The notes under the pieces are model-generated. The model was not told the DNA's origin, ran no database searches, and saw only the letters and a program-made list of their open reading frames with translations. A stretch of DNA of 64,000 bases from Octopus vulgaris (Eukaryota): contig OX597815.1 in assembly GCA_951406725.2 (NCBI GenBank), forward strand, positions 153,202,001 through 153,266,000, in the 5' to 3' direction. The position numbers and the translations under genes are program-made. This document shows, piece after piece, positions 52,242-64,000 of the stretch (position 1 is the first letter of the stretch; each line of letters begins with the position of its first letter).

Positions 52242-55200
52242 AAAGGAGCTAAATGTAACCGGGAAGAATATAAAGAAGTAATATACGCTTATTACTCTGC
52301 ATTAAGTAGGCCAACCCAAGAGAAACACACCGCAAACTCCTACAGAATTTGGAGGAGCCGAGATCCAGCTAGCAGACCAAACCTGGATGAAAACAGATTA
52401 GCAAATGTTAGAAGAGATATCTTCAAAAATACCAAACTCACAGATGCAGAATTAACCTCTATTAAAAAAGTGGTAAAGAATGACATAAATATAAGTCAGG
52501 AAGGAAATAACGAAGCAGAGGAGAGGAATATTGGACCGTCTGCCGAAACCACCCAAGAGCCTAAAGAAAAAGGAAAATATAATGGCCCTAGAAAAAACAG
52601 CCAGGAAAATGATGCCGAAACAGAATTTGAAGACCTCATATTTGCTGAACAACACAGAGAAATCTATCATTGAAATGAAGCAGTAAGTTCTGAATGAGCT
52701 TACAGTTGTAGGGCATACAAATATGAATGATAGGGAACCACTTCATAAACTCTCAAATGCACACCAACATAAAACACAAATAAAAATTGGCAACTGCGTT
52801 ACACACGAAATACAACTAAAATCCGATCTTAAGTTAAATGAAATTATTTAGTCTGTTGCTAAAGCAATCGAAAGACGCTGTTTAACACCCAAAAAGCCAA
52901 CAATACCAAATTCGAAAAGAAAATCAAACTGGAAGAGTAGAATTGAAACAGATTGAATCATTGCGAAGGGATATATCAATATTAACTGAGCTAATCTTTG
53001 GAAATGGTGTAAGATCAAGAAAAGGCAGGAAGATTGTGAGAAAATATGGACTCTCAACAAGAGAACTAATGTCAGTGAAAGAAACACTTAAACAAAAAGT
53101 CCAGGCAAAAGCTCAGAGAATATGCAGATTTGAGAAAAGGATCAAATGCTACAAACAAAATAAGATGTTCAAATCCAATGCCAAATCATTTTACAGGGAA
53201 ATAGGGAAAGAAAAATATAACCATTGAAAATCCACCCCTAATGGAAGAAGTTGAAAACTTTTGGAAAGAGATCTGGAGTGATGAGAAAACATACAATGAA
53301 AATGCAGACTGGATCAAATGCACCCAAGATGCCTACAAAAATCTACAACAACAGGTATGGGAAGACATCTCAATCGCCGACCTAAGGAGGGCACTAACGA
53401 AGGCTCATAAGTGGAAATCCTCTGGTATTGATAGAGTACCAAATTTCTGGCTCTCATCACTCTCGTCCGCACAGAAAATGTTAGTAATACTATTTAGTAG
53501 TATTATGAAAGACCCGGAAAAAAACTTCCCATTAGATGGCAAATGGTATTACTTACCTCCTCCCCCAAAATAACGAATCCAAAGACCCAAAAACATACCG
53601 GCCAATAACATGTTTGTCTACTACCTATAAGATTTTGACATCTATTCTAGTGGAGAAAACATATACGTTTATGGAAGAAAATAACCTCTTTCCCACTGAA
53701 CAAAAAGGGTGCAAACGAGGCTCATACGGATGCAAAGATCAGCTCCTAATTAATCGCATGATCCTTGAGAACTGCCATAACAAGCGCAGGAATCTCAGCT
53801 CTTCATGGATTGATTATAAAAAAGCCTTTGACAGCATACCACATTCGTGGATTCTGAAATCGCTGGACATTTTCAAAATTTTTCCTGTGATTTCAGATTT
53901 TAAAAAATATAATATGTCACTATGGAACACGAAGCTCCAATTATATATCATTCTAATTGAGTATTGCGCTCAAACAATATTAGCATAAACTGGCATTTTC
54001 CAAGGTGACTCACTTTCACCACTAATTTTCTGCATAGCACTATTACCACTCTTAAGTGAACTGAATAGAACAGAGTATAGCTACAAAATTGACAACAGGA
54101 AAATAAGCCATCTATTTTATATGGATGATTGAAAACTATATAGCAAAGATGATGAAGAGCTTGAAGGACTACTACATACTGTGAAAGGATTCAGTAATGA
54201 TATCGGGATGGAGTTTGGCCTTGAAAAATGTGCCAAAGCCACTATTAAGAAAGGGAAATTGGTAAAGTCAAGTTCAATCGAATTAGATTTCGAAACTATA
54301 ATAAAGGAACTTGAGCAGGAACAAAGCTATAAATACCTAGGAATAAATGAAGGCTTTTGTATTCAGCATGCAAGCATGAAAGAGAAGGTTAGGAAGGAAT
54401 GTTATAGAAGAGTTCGAGCAGTCCTGAAGTCTGAGCTGAATGCATATAATAAGGTGTTAGCTATAAATTCCTTAGCAATACCAGTTGTTCTTTATAGCTT
54501 CAATGTGCTTAACTGGAATACCAGTGAAATAATGAAAATGCATAGAAAAATCCGCAAGCTACCCAAAGGCAGACGTGGATCGTCTTTACCTTCGCAGAGC
54601 TCAGGGAGGTCGAGGCTTAATCCAGCTGTGACTGAGGGAGAAAATGTATCGACTGAGGGAGAAAATGTATCGATTCTCTGAGACTTCCCCGTACATATCG
54701 ACAAAACTATAAAAGCTAATAAACCGGATATTATTATAAAAGATCAGACAAATAAGGTGTGTTTATTAATTGACATGAGTATTCCTTGCGTTCACAATGT
54801 AGCGCCGAAAGAATTTGACAAGATCAGTAAATATAAAGACTTGCTAGTAGAAATTGAAAAAATGTGGCATCTCAGGGCAACTACAGTACCAGTGATTGTA
54901 GGATCTCTAGGAATGATAAAAGAAGGTACTGAAACCTATTTGAAAATGATACCAGGCTTACTATCCCTACAGGAAGTGCAAAAAATTGTGTTAACTGGAA
55001 CGACTCATGTACTGAGAAGAGCATTATCGCTGTGAATACAACATCCATTCATGAATTTATTTATTTATTAATCTTTTTAAATACATATCTTACCTGTGAA
55101 TTTGCGTGTGTAATCTGGGAATTGCTTACAATGAGCTTCTCTGCCCTAAGTGTACGGAAAACACTCGGCGAGAAATGGAAGAAAATTCGAAGGAAGAAGA
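52242..55200 (+). mobile_element. Long R4/Dong-like LINE, frameshifted, with an internal deletion near 54630
   Basis: FWKEIWS, KSSGID, YRPITCL, EQKGC, WIDYKKAFDSIPH, GIFQGDSLSP, YMDD, KPDI...D...KISKY; (TAA) after the 3' UTR. Confidence 0.92.
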
Positions 55201-55214
55201 AAAAAATAATATTA

Positions 55215-55435
55215 ATAATCCTTTCTACTATTGACACAAGGCCTCAAATTTTGTGGGAGGGGACTAGTCGATTACATCGACCCAAGTGATCCACTGGTAC
55301 TTAAATTTATTGATCTCGAAAGGATAAAATGCAAAGTCGACCCCGGTGGAATTTGAACTCAAAATTTAAAAACGGACGAAATGCCGCTAAGCATTTTGCC
55401 CGGTGTGCTAACGATTCTGCCAGTTCACCGCTATA
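55215..55435 (-). mobile_element. SINE family C (Nin-like domain)
   Basis: Reverse complement of the GCGGTGAACTGGCAGAATCGTTAGCACACC head and GGGTCGACTTTGCATTTTATCCTTTCG domain; another fragment at 55812-55930. Confidence 0.8.
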
Positions 55436-55449
55436 ACAATGATAATAAT

Positions 55450-55812
55450 TCTTGGTATAAAAGATGGGCTACATCAAATATTCTACTCAATACCACAGAT
55501 TTACTCGTCAGTTGCTTGACCTTAACCATTTAAGTAAGCTCCTTAGTAGCTGACGATATGTGCATCTCTGATCACGAGCAGTAGCTGAGGGTGGGGGTCA
55601 TCATAGGCATGCGTTGAGAGGGATTCTTTGGGGGTTGAGTAAATCACCTCTGGAAACATGGGTGTTTCGTTCGTCATCCTTAAACAAGCTTTATTCAGCG
55701 ACCTTTTGAGAGGGTTGAGCTCCTCGATCTGAAGAAAATACTAACTGCTCCCCACCAGCAAGGTCATGCACTGTTTATCTCAAATGACATCACCACGTCG
55801 TGCACATATAAG
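55450..55812 (+). mobile_element. Internal part of the ~550-bp (TAA)n element
   Basis: CTTGGTATAAAAGATGGGCTAC...CACCTCTGGAAACATGGGTGTTTCG. Confidence 0.8.
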
Positions 55813-55930
55813 TATTTTATCGACCCCGAAAGGATTAAAAGCGAAATCAACATCGGCAAAATCAGAACTTAGCAGGTAAAGCCGCTAAGCATTTTGTCTG
55901 GTGTGCTAACGATTCAGCCAGTTCGCCGCT

Positions 55931-57228
<1,298 letters not shown>

Positions 57229-57248
57229 TGATAATAATAATAATGATG

Positions 57249-57307
<59 letters not shown>

Positions 57308-58439
57308 CCCTACACTGCACCCACTTCCATATTAAGATCTAATATTCCAAAGTTTACCCTCAAATACGTCAACTCCTAGTGGTAACTTCTTTATTCCTGC
57401 TTTTGAGAATGTCATACATCATTTCAGTATACTTTTTCTATTCCTTTTTTCTTGATTCGGATATAAATGGACGCACTGCATAACTACAAGTCACAATTTC
57501 TTATCAACGATCAACATATCCAACTTGTACTTTGTAATCCATTCATCCTTTTCATGAACTTTCATTTCTGCTCTCAAAAAATTGTCGTGGAAACCGAATC
57601 TGTTGCAAAGATTCTAGTGAATTATTGCAATATTTTAATCATATCTATACTGTTCAAACTCGTTTCGAACTGTTAGTATACTGATATAATGTAAGTTATA
57701 GTAATATTTGTTTCGTTGCACATTCTATGTTTAAGTGAATATTCCTGCTAACCTATCATTATCTTGAACCAATTTACAAGAAAATGCTGCTAGAATCATT
57801 TCCTCTATCTTTTTCTTCAATATTTTCTTAACCAAATTCAATTGTTCTTCTCATTCCTTGTTGCTTTTTTCTCTTTACTGGGCTTAAAAAAAGAAAAGCA
57901 CAAAAAATACAAAAGAGTAAAAAAGGAATAGAAATTCATTCCTTCAAAAGTTAACTTTTTTTTCCCATTAGGTCTCTATCTACTCTGAAAGTACCATTCC
58001 TTAAGAACAAAATTTCTCCTACCACCTCATCAAAAAAAAACTTCCTCATCTGAATAAAATCGTTGACTTGTTTCCTCAAATTTTACAACTTCTTCAACAC
58101 TCATTATACTTGTTCTTTTCCAATAAAATATCATACCATGTAGATATCAGGTCCTAATCAAACAAGCTAGAAATAATTATTGAGAAAATAAGACCTTAGA
58201 TCAAACGATGTACACACAAAAGAAAAAATTAAATCCTGTGGAAGCGCAAGAATGGAAATGATAATGGAAGTCATGAAAATGAAAGGCAATTAGGAATTAG
58301 CTGGAATAAGCAAAAATCAAATTTTTTGGATAACGCACTTACATATTTTAGCCTAAACATGACTAAATACTTTAATTATATAACATTGTTCTCTTCCAAA
58401 ATTACAGAGAGGCTGACGAAAAGAGAAACAATCGTACTA

Positions 58440-58790
58440 TCAAAAGTAAGAGATGGAGGATTGTGAAAACAACAGGCCAATTTAGTTACTTTACTTATGG
58501 ACACAAGAACTTAACAACGACACCAAATAAGAAGACATATCAACACAGAAATAATTCTCCTAGATGAAGAACAGAAGAGTTGCAAAAGGGATTCACATAG
58601 ATGTGCAGACGAGCTATTGAAAAGATAATAATTCAAAGACTGCAGGTCGAAACGGAAAGGAGAAAAATAATAAAGCGTATTAACTAAACAGGCAATATAA
58701 AAGCATATGATAGTGTACTTTATTCAGGGATACTTAACTCAATCGGCCCAAATACAGTATCCAGAGTTCCTGTATGCTTCTTAAAAAGTC
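58440..58790 (+). mobile_element. Highly degraded Dong-like RT fragment
   Basis: NNRPI...EEQKSCKRDSHRCADELL...KAYDSV. Confidence 0.5.
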
Positions 58791-58877
58791 AACAGCGATG
58801 ATGACAACAACGACAACAATTATGAAATGTATGCTGTTGGTGCTGCAGTATTATCATCATCATCATCATCATCATCA

Positions 58878-58944
<67 letters not shown>

Positions 58945-58946
<2 letters not shown>

Positions 58947-59750
58947 TATGTTTGACTTTTGCTTTACATTTGTACAAGTCGACTCTAAGTCTCACCCAGA
59001 GATCTCAAGAGACAACAAATTGGAAGTTCATGCTGGTGTTATGCCTAGGGTGTCTTATATTTGGTTTTGCACATAATATTATTCTAGAGAATGTTAAATA
59101 AATTATAAGAAAATTATAAGTTTGCTTTGAAATTTGAGATTACATAGACAGCCTTTTCCGTAGGATATGGGCAGTTCCCATGAGCACTATCTTTTAAATT
59201 TCTGCCATTTTGAGGTTTCCTGGTATATGAGCTAGGTAGCAATCTGCCGCTTTTGCTATCATTCCCAGGGCACCTATGACAACAGGTATTGTTTTAGTCT
59301 TGAGGTTCCACATTTTGCCAATTTCAATTTCAAGATCGTTATACTTGCTTAGTTTTTGGTAGGTCTTGACAGTTGTATTTATGTTGATTGGGACAGTCAT
59401 ATCAATGAGGAGGCATGATGTTTGTCTGACGTCTTTCAATATAATGTCTGGCCTATTCGCTTCTGTCTTTCTGTCAGTTTCAACGGTAAAATTCCAGAGG
59501 AGTGAGATGTGATCATTTTCAAGCTCTGGAAGTGGTTTATGTTCTCACCATTTTTTATCATAGGGCAGGTCCAGGTTTTTGCAAGTTGTACATCATCGAG
59601 TAATTTCTTGAGAGGTATTAAGGCTAGACAAAAGAGGATTGGTGATAGAGAGTCACCCTGGAAAATGCCACATGAAATTCTTACATCTTTGACATTAAGA
59701 AATTCATTGTCACTGTTCAAAGTCAGTGTGGCTCTCCATGATCTCATACT
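58945..59750 (-). mobile_element. R4/Dong-like LINE with RT joined to REL by a large internal deletion
   Basis: GIFQGDSLSPILFCLALIP followed within ~100 bp by LIDMTVP...QKLSKY; same 3' UTR as 61541-62840. Confidence 0.8.
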
Positions 59751-59854
59751 TACAGACAAGAAGTCTCGCAGAGTAGGCGCTGGTTTATATATTATTGTTG
59801 TTGTTATTATCATCATCATCATCACCATCATTATCGTTATCATCATCATCATCA

Positions 59855-59981
<127 letters not shown>

Positions 59982-59989
59982 CATTTTAA

Positions 59990-61540
59990 AATAAAATATG
60001 GTCCGTTGCCTTCTGCTAAACCGGAATCATCCCTTGACCCTAGGGTCACAGCAGGTCCTCATCTCATGGGGAGTACACGGCGTAAAATGTGTACGGAACC
60101 TAGCAACACTATTTTCTGAAGTTCTCCCACGTTAACACTGCAAGGGAGTTTGTTGAGCTGCTTATCAACGCCCTTTTTAATTAGCCCTAATGCTCCAATT
60201 ACCACTGGTGCTGTGCTACTTTTCATTCCCCACATCTTGGTCACTTCTATTTCTAGGTCTTTGTACTTAAATAACTTCTCAACTTCTTTAATGGACACAT
60301 GTCCCTCTGATAGTACTGTCACATCTATCATTAAGCATTTCTTATTTTTTCTATCTTTGATGATTATGTCTAGCCTGTTTGCCTTGATTTCTTTATCGGT
60401 GTTGATTGGCATGTCCCAGAGTACTGTTACATCATCGTTTCCGGTCACAGTTTCAGGTTTATGCTGGTACCATCTTTCTGAAGTTGGAAGCTGGTAGTGT
60501 TTACATATCTTCCAATGGATATATTGCGCTACTCTATCGTGTCTATGAATATATTCGGTTTTTGCAAGCGCTGTGCATCCTGTTAAGATGTGGTCCACTG
60601 TTTCATCCTGCTCATGACACATTCTGCATTTCGGGTTAGTGCCATCGTTCATTATTTTGTTGTGGTAAGCCCTGGTTGCCAAGATTTGATCTTGTGCTGC
60701 TTTGATAAAACCTTCGGTTTCAGCCTTCAGTAGTGGGCTCTTCATCCATCTATGAGTGTCTCGTTATTCTACGTCTGGTTTGTACACTCTACCTGGGTAT
60801 CGGCCATGCATCGGTTTTTCTAGCCATTCTTTGCTTTTCTTCTGGGCTTGTTTTTTCATCTCTTCCTTAACTCTTTTAGCAAACTAGGTTACTTTCTCAC
60901 TCTTCTTCATCCTAGGTTACCCCGTCAATAGTTGTCTCTTAAACTGTACAGATTCTTTGTATACCGAGTATAGCTTCTTTACTTTATCATGCTTGTGCAC
61001 AAGCTTCATTAGAAGATCTTTTGACAGCTCAAGATATGTATTTAATCCTACAGTGGTGGTTTTGTAAGATAATTCTAATTGAGTTAGTCCTCTTCCTCCC
61101 ATGCTTGGTAAATAAATCCTGTTCACGTCCGCGTTTGGGTGGTTCATTCGAGCCATGGTTAGAAGTTTTCTGGTTTGGAGTCTAGCTTCTTTATTTTGCT
61201 CATTTGCCAGTTGATTATGTTGAAACTGTAAGCTACGATTGGTACTGCAAGAATGTTAATGGCTTCTATTTTGTTTGCAGCGTTGAGTTCAGTGTTTGTT
61301 ACTAACCGTACTCTCCTGTAGTACTCTTTTCTAAGCTTCTCTTTCATTGCTGAATGTTTTATGCCGTTACTTTCGTCTATGCCACGGTATTTATATTCTT
61401 CTTCCTGGTCCAGTGCTCGGATTCTTGCTTCTGTATCTACGTGGATATCCGCAGAACATGCAAGTTTGCCTCTTATGAAAGTGGCTTTCGCGCATTTCTC
61501 CATTCCAAACTGCATTCTGATATCATCACTGAACTTTTTA
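59990..61540 (-). mobile_element. R4/Dong-like LINE 3' half
   Basis: FGMEKCAK, HPNADVNRIYLP..GGRGL, LKAETEG, CRMC..ETVDHILTGC, RHD, RLDII..D..EKLFKY; (TAA)n tail at 59858-59980. Confidence 0.92.
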
Positions 61541-62840
61541 ACCCAAAGAACTCAAGAGACAACAAGTTAGAAGTTCAAGTTAGAAATTATGCCTACGGTG
61601 TCATATATTTGGTTTTGGACATAGTATTGTTCTAGAGAATTTTAAGGTCACATAAGAGAATTATGAGTTTGTTTTAAAATTTGAGATTACATAGACAGTA
61701 TTTTGCGTAGGATAAAGGCAGCTCCGATGAGCACTATCTTTTGAATTTCTGCCATTTTGGAGTTTCCTGATATCTGAGCTAGGTAAGAATCAGTGCCTTT
61801 TGCTATCATTCCTAGGGCACCTATGACAACAGGTATTGTTTTAGCCTTGAGGTTCCACATTTTGTCAATTTCTATTTCATTGCCTTTTTACTTGCTCAGT
61901 TTTTGTTAGGTCTTGACAGATACGTTTATATCGATTGGGACAGTCATATCAATGAGGAGGCATGATTTTTGTTTGAAGTCTTTCAATATAACGTCTGACC
62001 TATTCGCATCTATCTTTCTGTAAGTTTGAATGGTGAAGTTCCAGAGGAGTGAGATGTGATCATTTTCAAGCACTGGAAGTGGTTTGTGTACCCACCAGTT
62101 TTTATCATGGGGCAGGTCCAGGTTTTTTCAAATTACCCAGTGAATATATAGTGCTGCTCTATCATGCCTGTTGAGATACTCTGTAGGCGCAAGAGGACTG
62201 CACATGGAGACAACATGATCAGTGGTTTCATTTTGTTGTTGACATACACGACATGTTGTGCCAGGTAGCTCCTTGTAGCTCTTGGGCTGCTATGTAAACC
62301 CTTCTGTTTCTGAATTTGAGTAAGGGCTTTGTCAACATCGGCACTATTAGCTCTCTTTCGGTATTTGCCATTGAGAGGCTTTTCTTGCCATTTATCAGTA
62401 AGAATATCTAAGGCAGTAGTTTTAGCAAGGGTTTTCATACGCTTTGCTTTTTCTGTGCTTGTTTCCAGTACCTCTAATTCTGGAATTTGTTGTATGTGGA
62501 ATTCACTCAGATATTCCTTTGCCTATTTTGTTCCTAAGTATGATGTGTTCTTGTTTTGATGCTTTGAGACAAGTTTTATCATCTCGTTGTCAGAGTTTTT
62601 CACGTAGGTGTCTAGGCCAATTGTGGCCATCTTAATTGTTAATTCAAGTTATAAAAGTCCACAGCCACCCTCTTTTCTTGGCAGGTAAAGTCGTTCTATA
62701 TCTGCCTTAGGGTGTTGCATTCTATGCATTTTCGTATTTTTCTGTCAAAATTACATATTTCAGTAATTAACAAGTTAATGATATTGAAACTGTAAGTCAC
62801 GATCGGTTTGGCTAAAGTATTGATCGTTTCGATCCTGTTT
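61541..62840 (-). mobile_element. R4/Dong-like LINE 3' half, degraded; end of 3' UTR lost at the junction
   Basis: HPKADIERLYLPRKEGG, KWQEKPLNGKY, LIDMTVP. Confidence 0.85.
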
Positions 62841-63817
62841 GGCAGAGGTGGGGCGAATCTGTAAAGACAGGGACAGAGATAGTATTGAATGAGTCGATTT
62901 CAGTCTCAGTATATGACTGGTATTGAAATTATCGATTCCAGTAGAGTTTCGGTTAAGATACAGAATCCTTGTTAACTAAATAATGATTTTAGTTCTCTAC
63001 TGTTTTAGTTTGAGCTTTTCCTTTACAAATGGTTTCAGAAATGTATTATATATTCAAGCTATTTGTATCATTATTCTGAGCATATGTTTTGTAAAATGAA
63101 AATTCAGTTGAAGTGTTAAAATGGGAAGATTAGTCTATTTTCTTTAAATTTTCTACTGAAGACTTTAAAAGTTTTCTCGAGGTTGTAATTTATAAACCAT
63201 GATAATTGAAATGTAACTTAATTATAAATGTACAATTTATAATTAAAATTAAAATTCCGACTTCCGAAACAGGTCTTCTCATACTTTAGAAATCACTAAA
63301 TAATCAAAGATGTCAAATTTATAATCAGCGCTTAATTTTGACCGTTCCGGCTTTTTCGTATAAGAATGTTTTACAAACTATTTTGTTAGGAATTTTCAAA
63401 AATGAATGATGAGATATTTCAGTGTTGTAATAAAAAAGAAGCTGGATTTATTTAGACTGTTTGAACATGTTCTATATCTCTAAATGATTCCTATTCTATT
63501 TGTTTCTAAGTTACATCACCTAGACTTCAAAAATTCAAATAACCATAATGTCATTTCTGAAACTAATTGTCAGACTTTAGTATGAGTGAAATTCAAAATG
63601 ATGGGCAGTAATTGGATATCTCTGTTCATGGAAATATTGTATCAGGTATATTTAACAAAACAAATAATGTTATAGTTACTACGCGGAGGTTTTGTTTTCT
63701 CAAAACCATTGCTAATATGGAAGAAACGAAAGGAGAGATATATTAAGATTACTATTGGTTTCTTTCAGAATTAGAAAATAATGTTTTAACCATAATTGGA
63801 AGTTAAAGCTGTCCAAA

Positions 63818-64000
63818 TCAATAGGACGTCGGACAACTGGCCGAAGTATCGATGATTGTGTCCATAGCTAAGACAATTAACGTCAGTGATGGAGTACGAA
63901 CTGTAGAATCTTTGGCACCAATCGATTTGGACGACTGCAACTCTCGAGATAAATCAAGCGTATTACCAAATATACTTTCGCGCCATTGCATTTTCAACAA
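63818..64000 (-). CDS. Possible terminal coding exon running in from beyond the window (unidentified)
   Basis: Stop-free for all 60 visible codons, non-repetitive, more GC-rich than the flank; no recognised motif. Confidence 0.2.
   Translation of the reverse strand: MLKMQWRESIFGNTLDLSRELQSSKSIGAKDSTVRTPSLTLIVLAMDTIIDTSASCPTSY

Overview
AT-rich eukaryotic intergenic or intronic DNA made almost entirely of microsatellites and transposable-element debris. The SINE and LINE repertoire resembles Octopus (coleoid cephalopod); that assignment is inferred from recalled repeat families, not from a search. No host gene is confidently recognised, and most listed ORFs are microsatellite artefacts. Main components: (i) nests of R4/Dong-type non-LTR retrotransposons (RT, CCHC, PD-(D/E)xK endonuclease) in (TAA)n arrays at ~8-11 kb and ~46-63 kb, accompanied by a ~550-bp non-coding element with the same target; (ii) a second REL-endonuclease family next to (TACA)n; (iii) Penelope-like remnants (GIY-YIG, RT) whose ends carry type-I hammerhead ribozyme motifs with short, mostly palindromic stem III, often duplicated as inverted repeats; (iv) RTE and CR1/L2-like LINE pieces, several tRNA-derived SINE families, two Helitrons, and Tc1 and mariner fragments. 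The most striking signal is the recurring hammerhead plus inverted-duplication architecture. In one case (39.2-39.9 kb) the inverted copy begins exactly at the predicted self-cleavage site. All coordinates and identities were read by eye.
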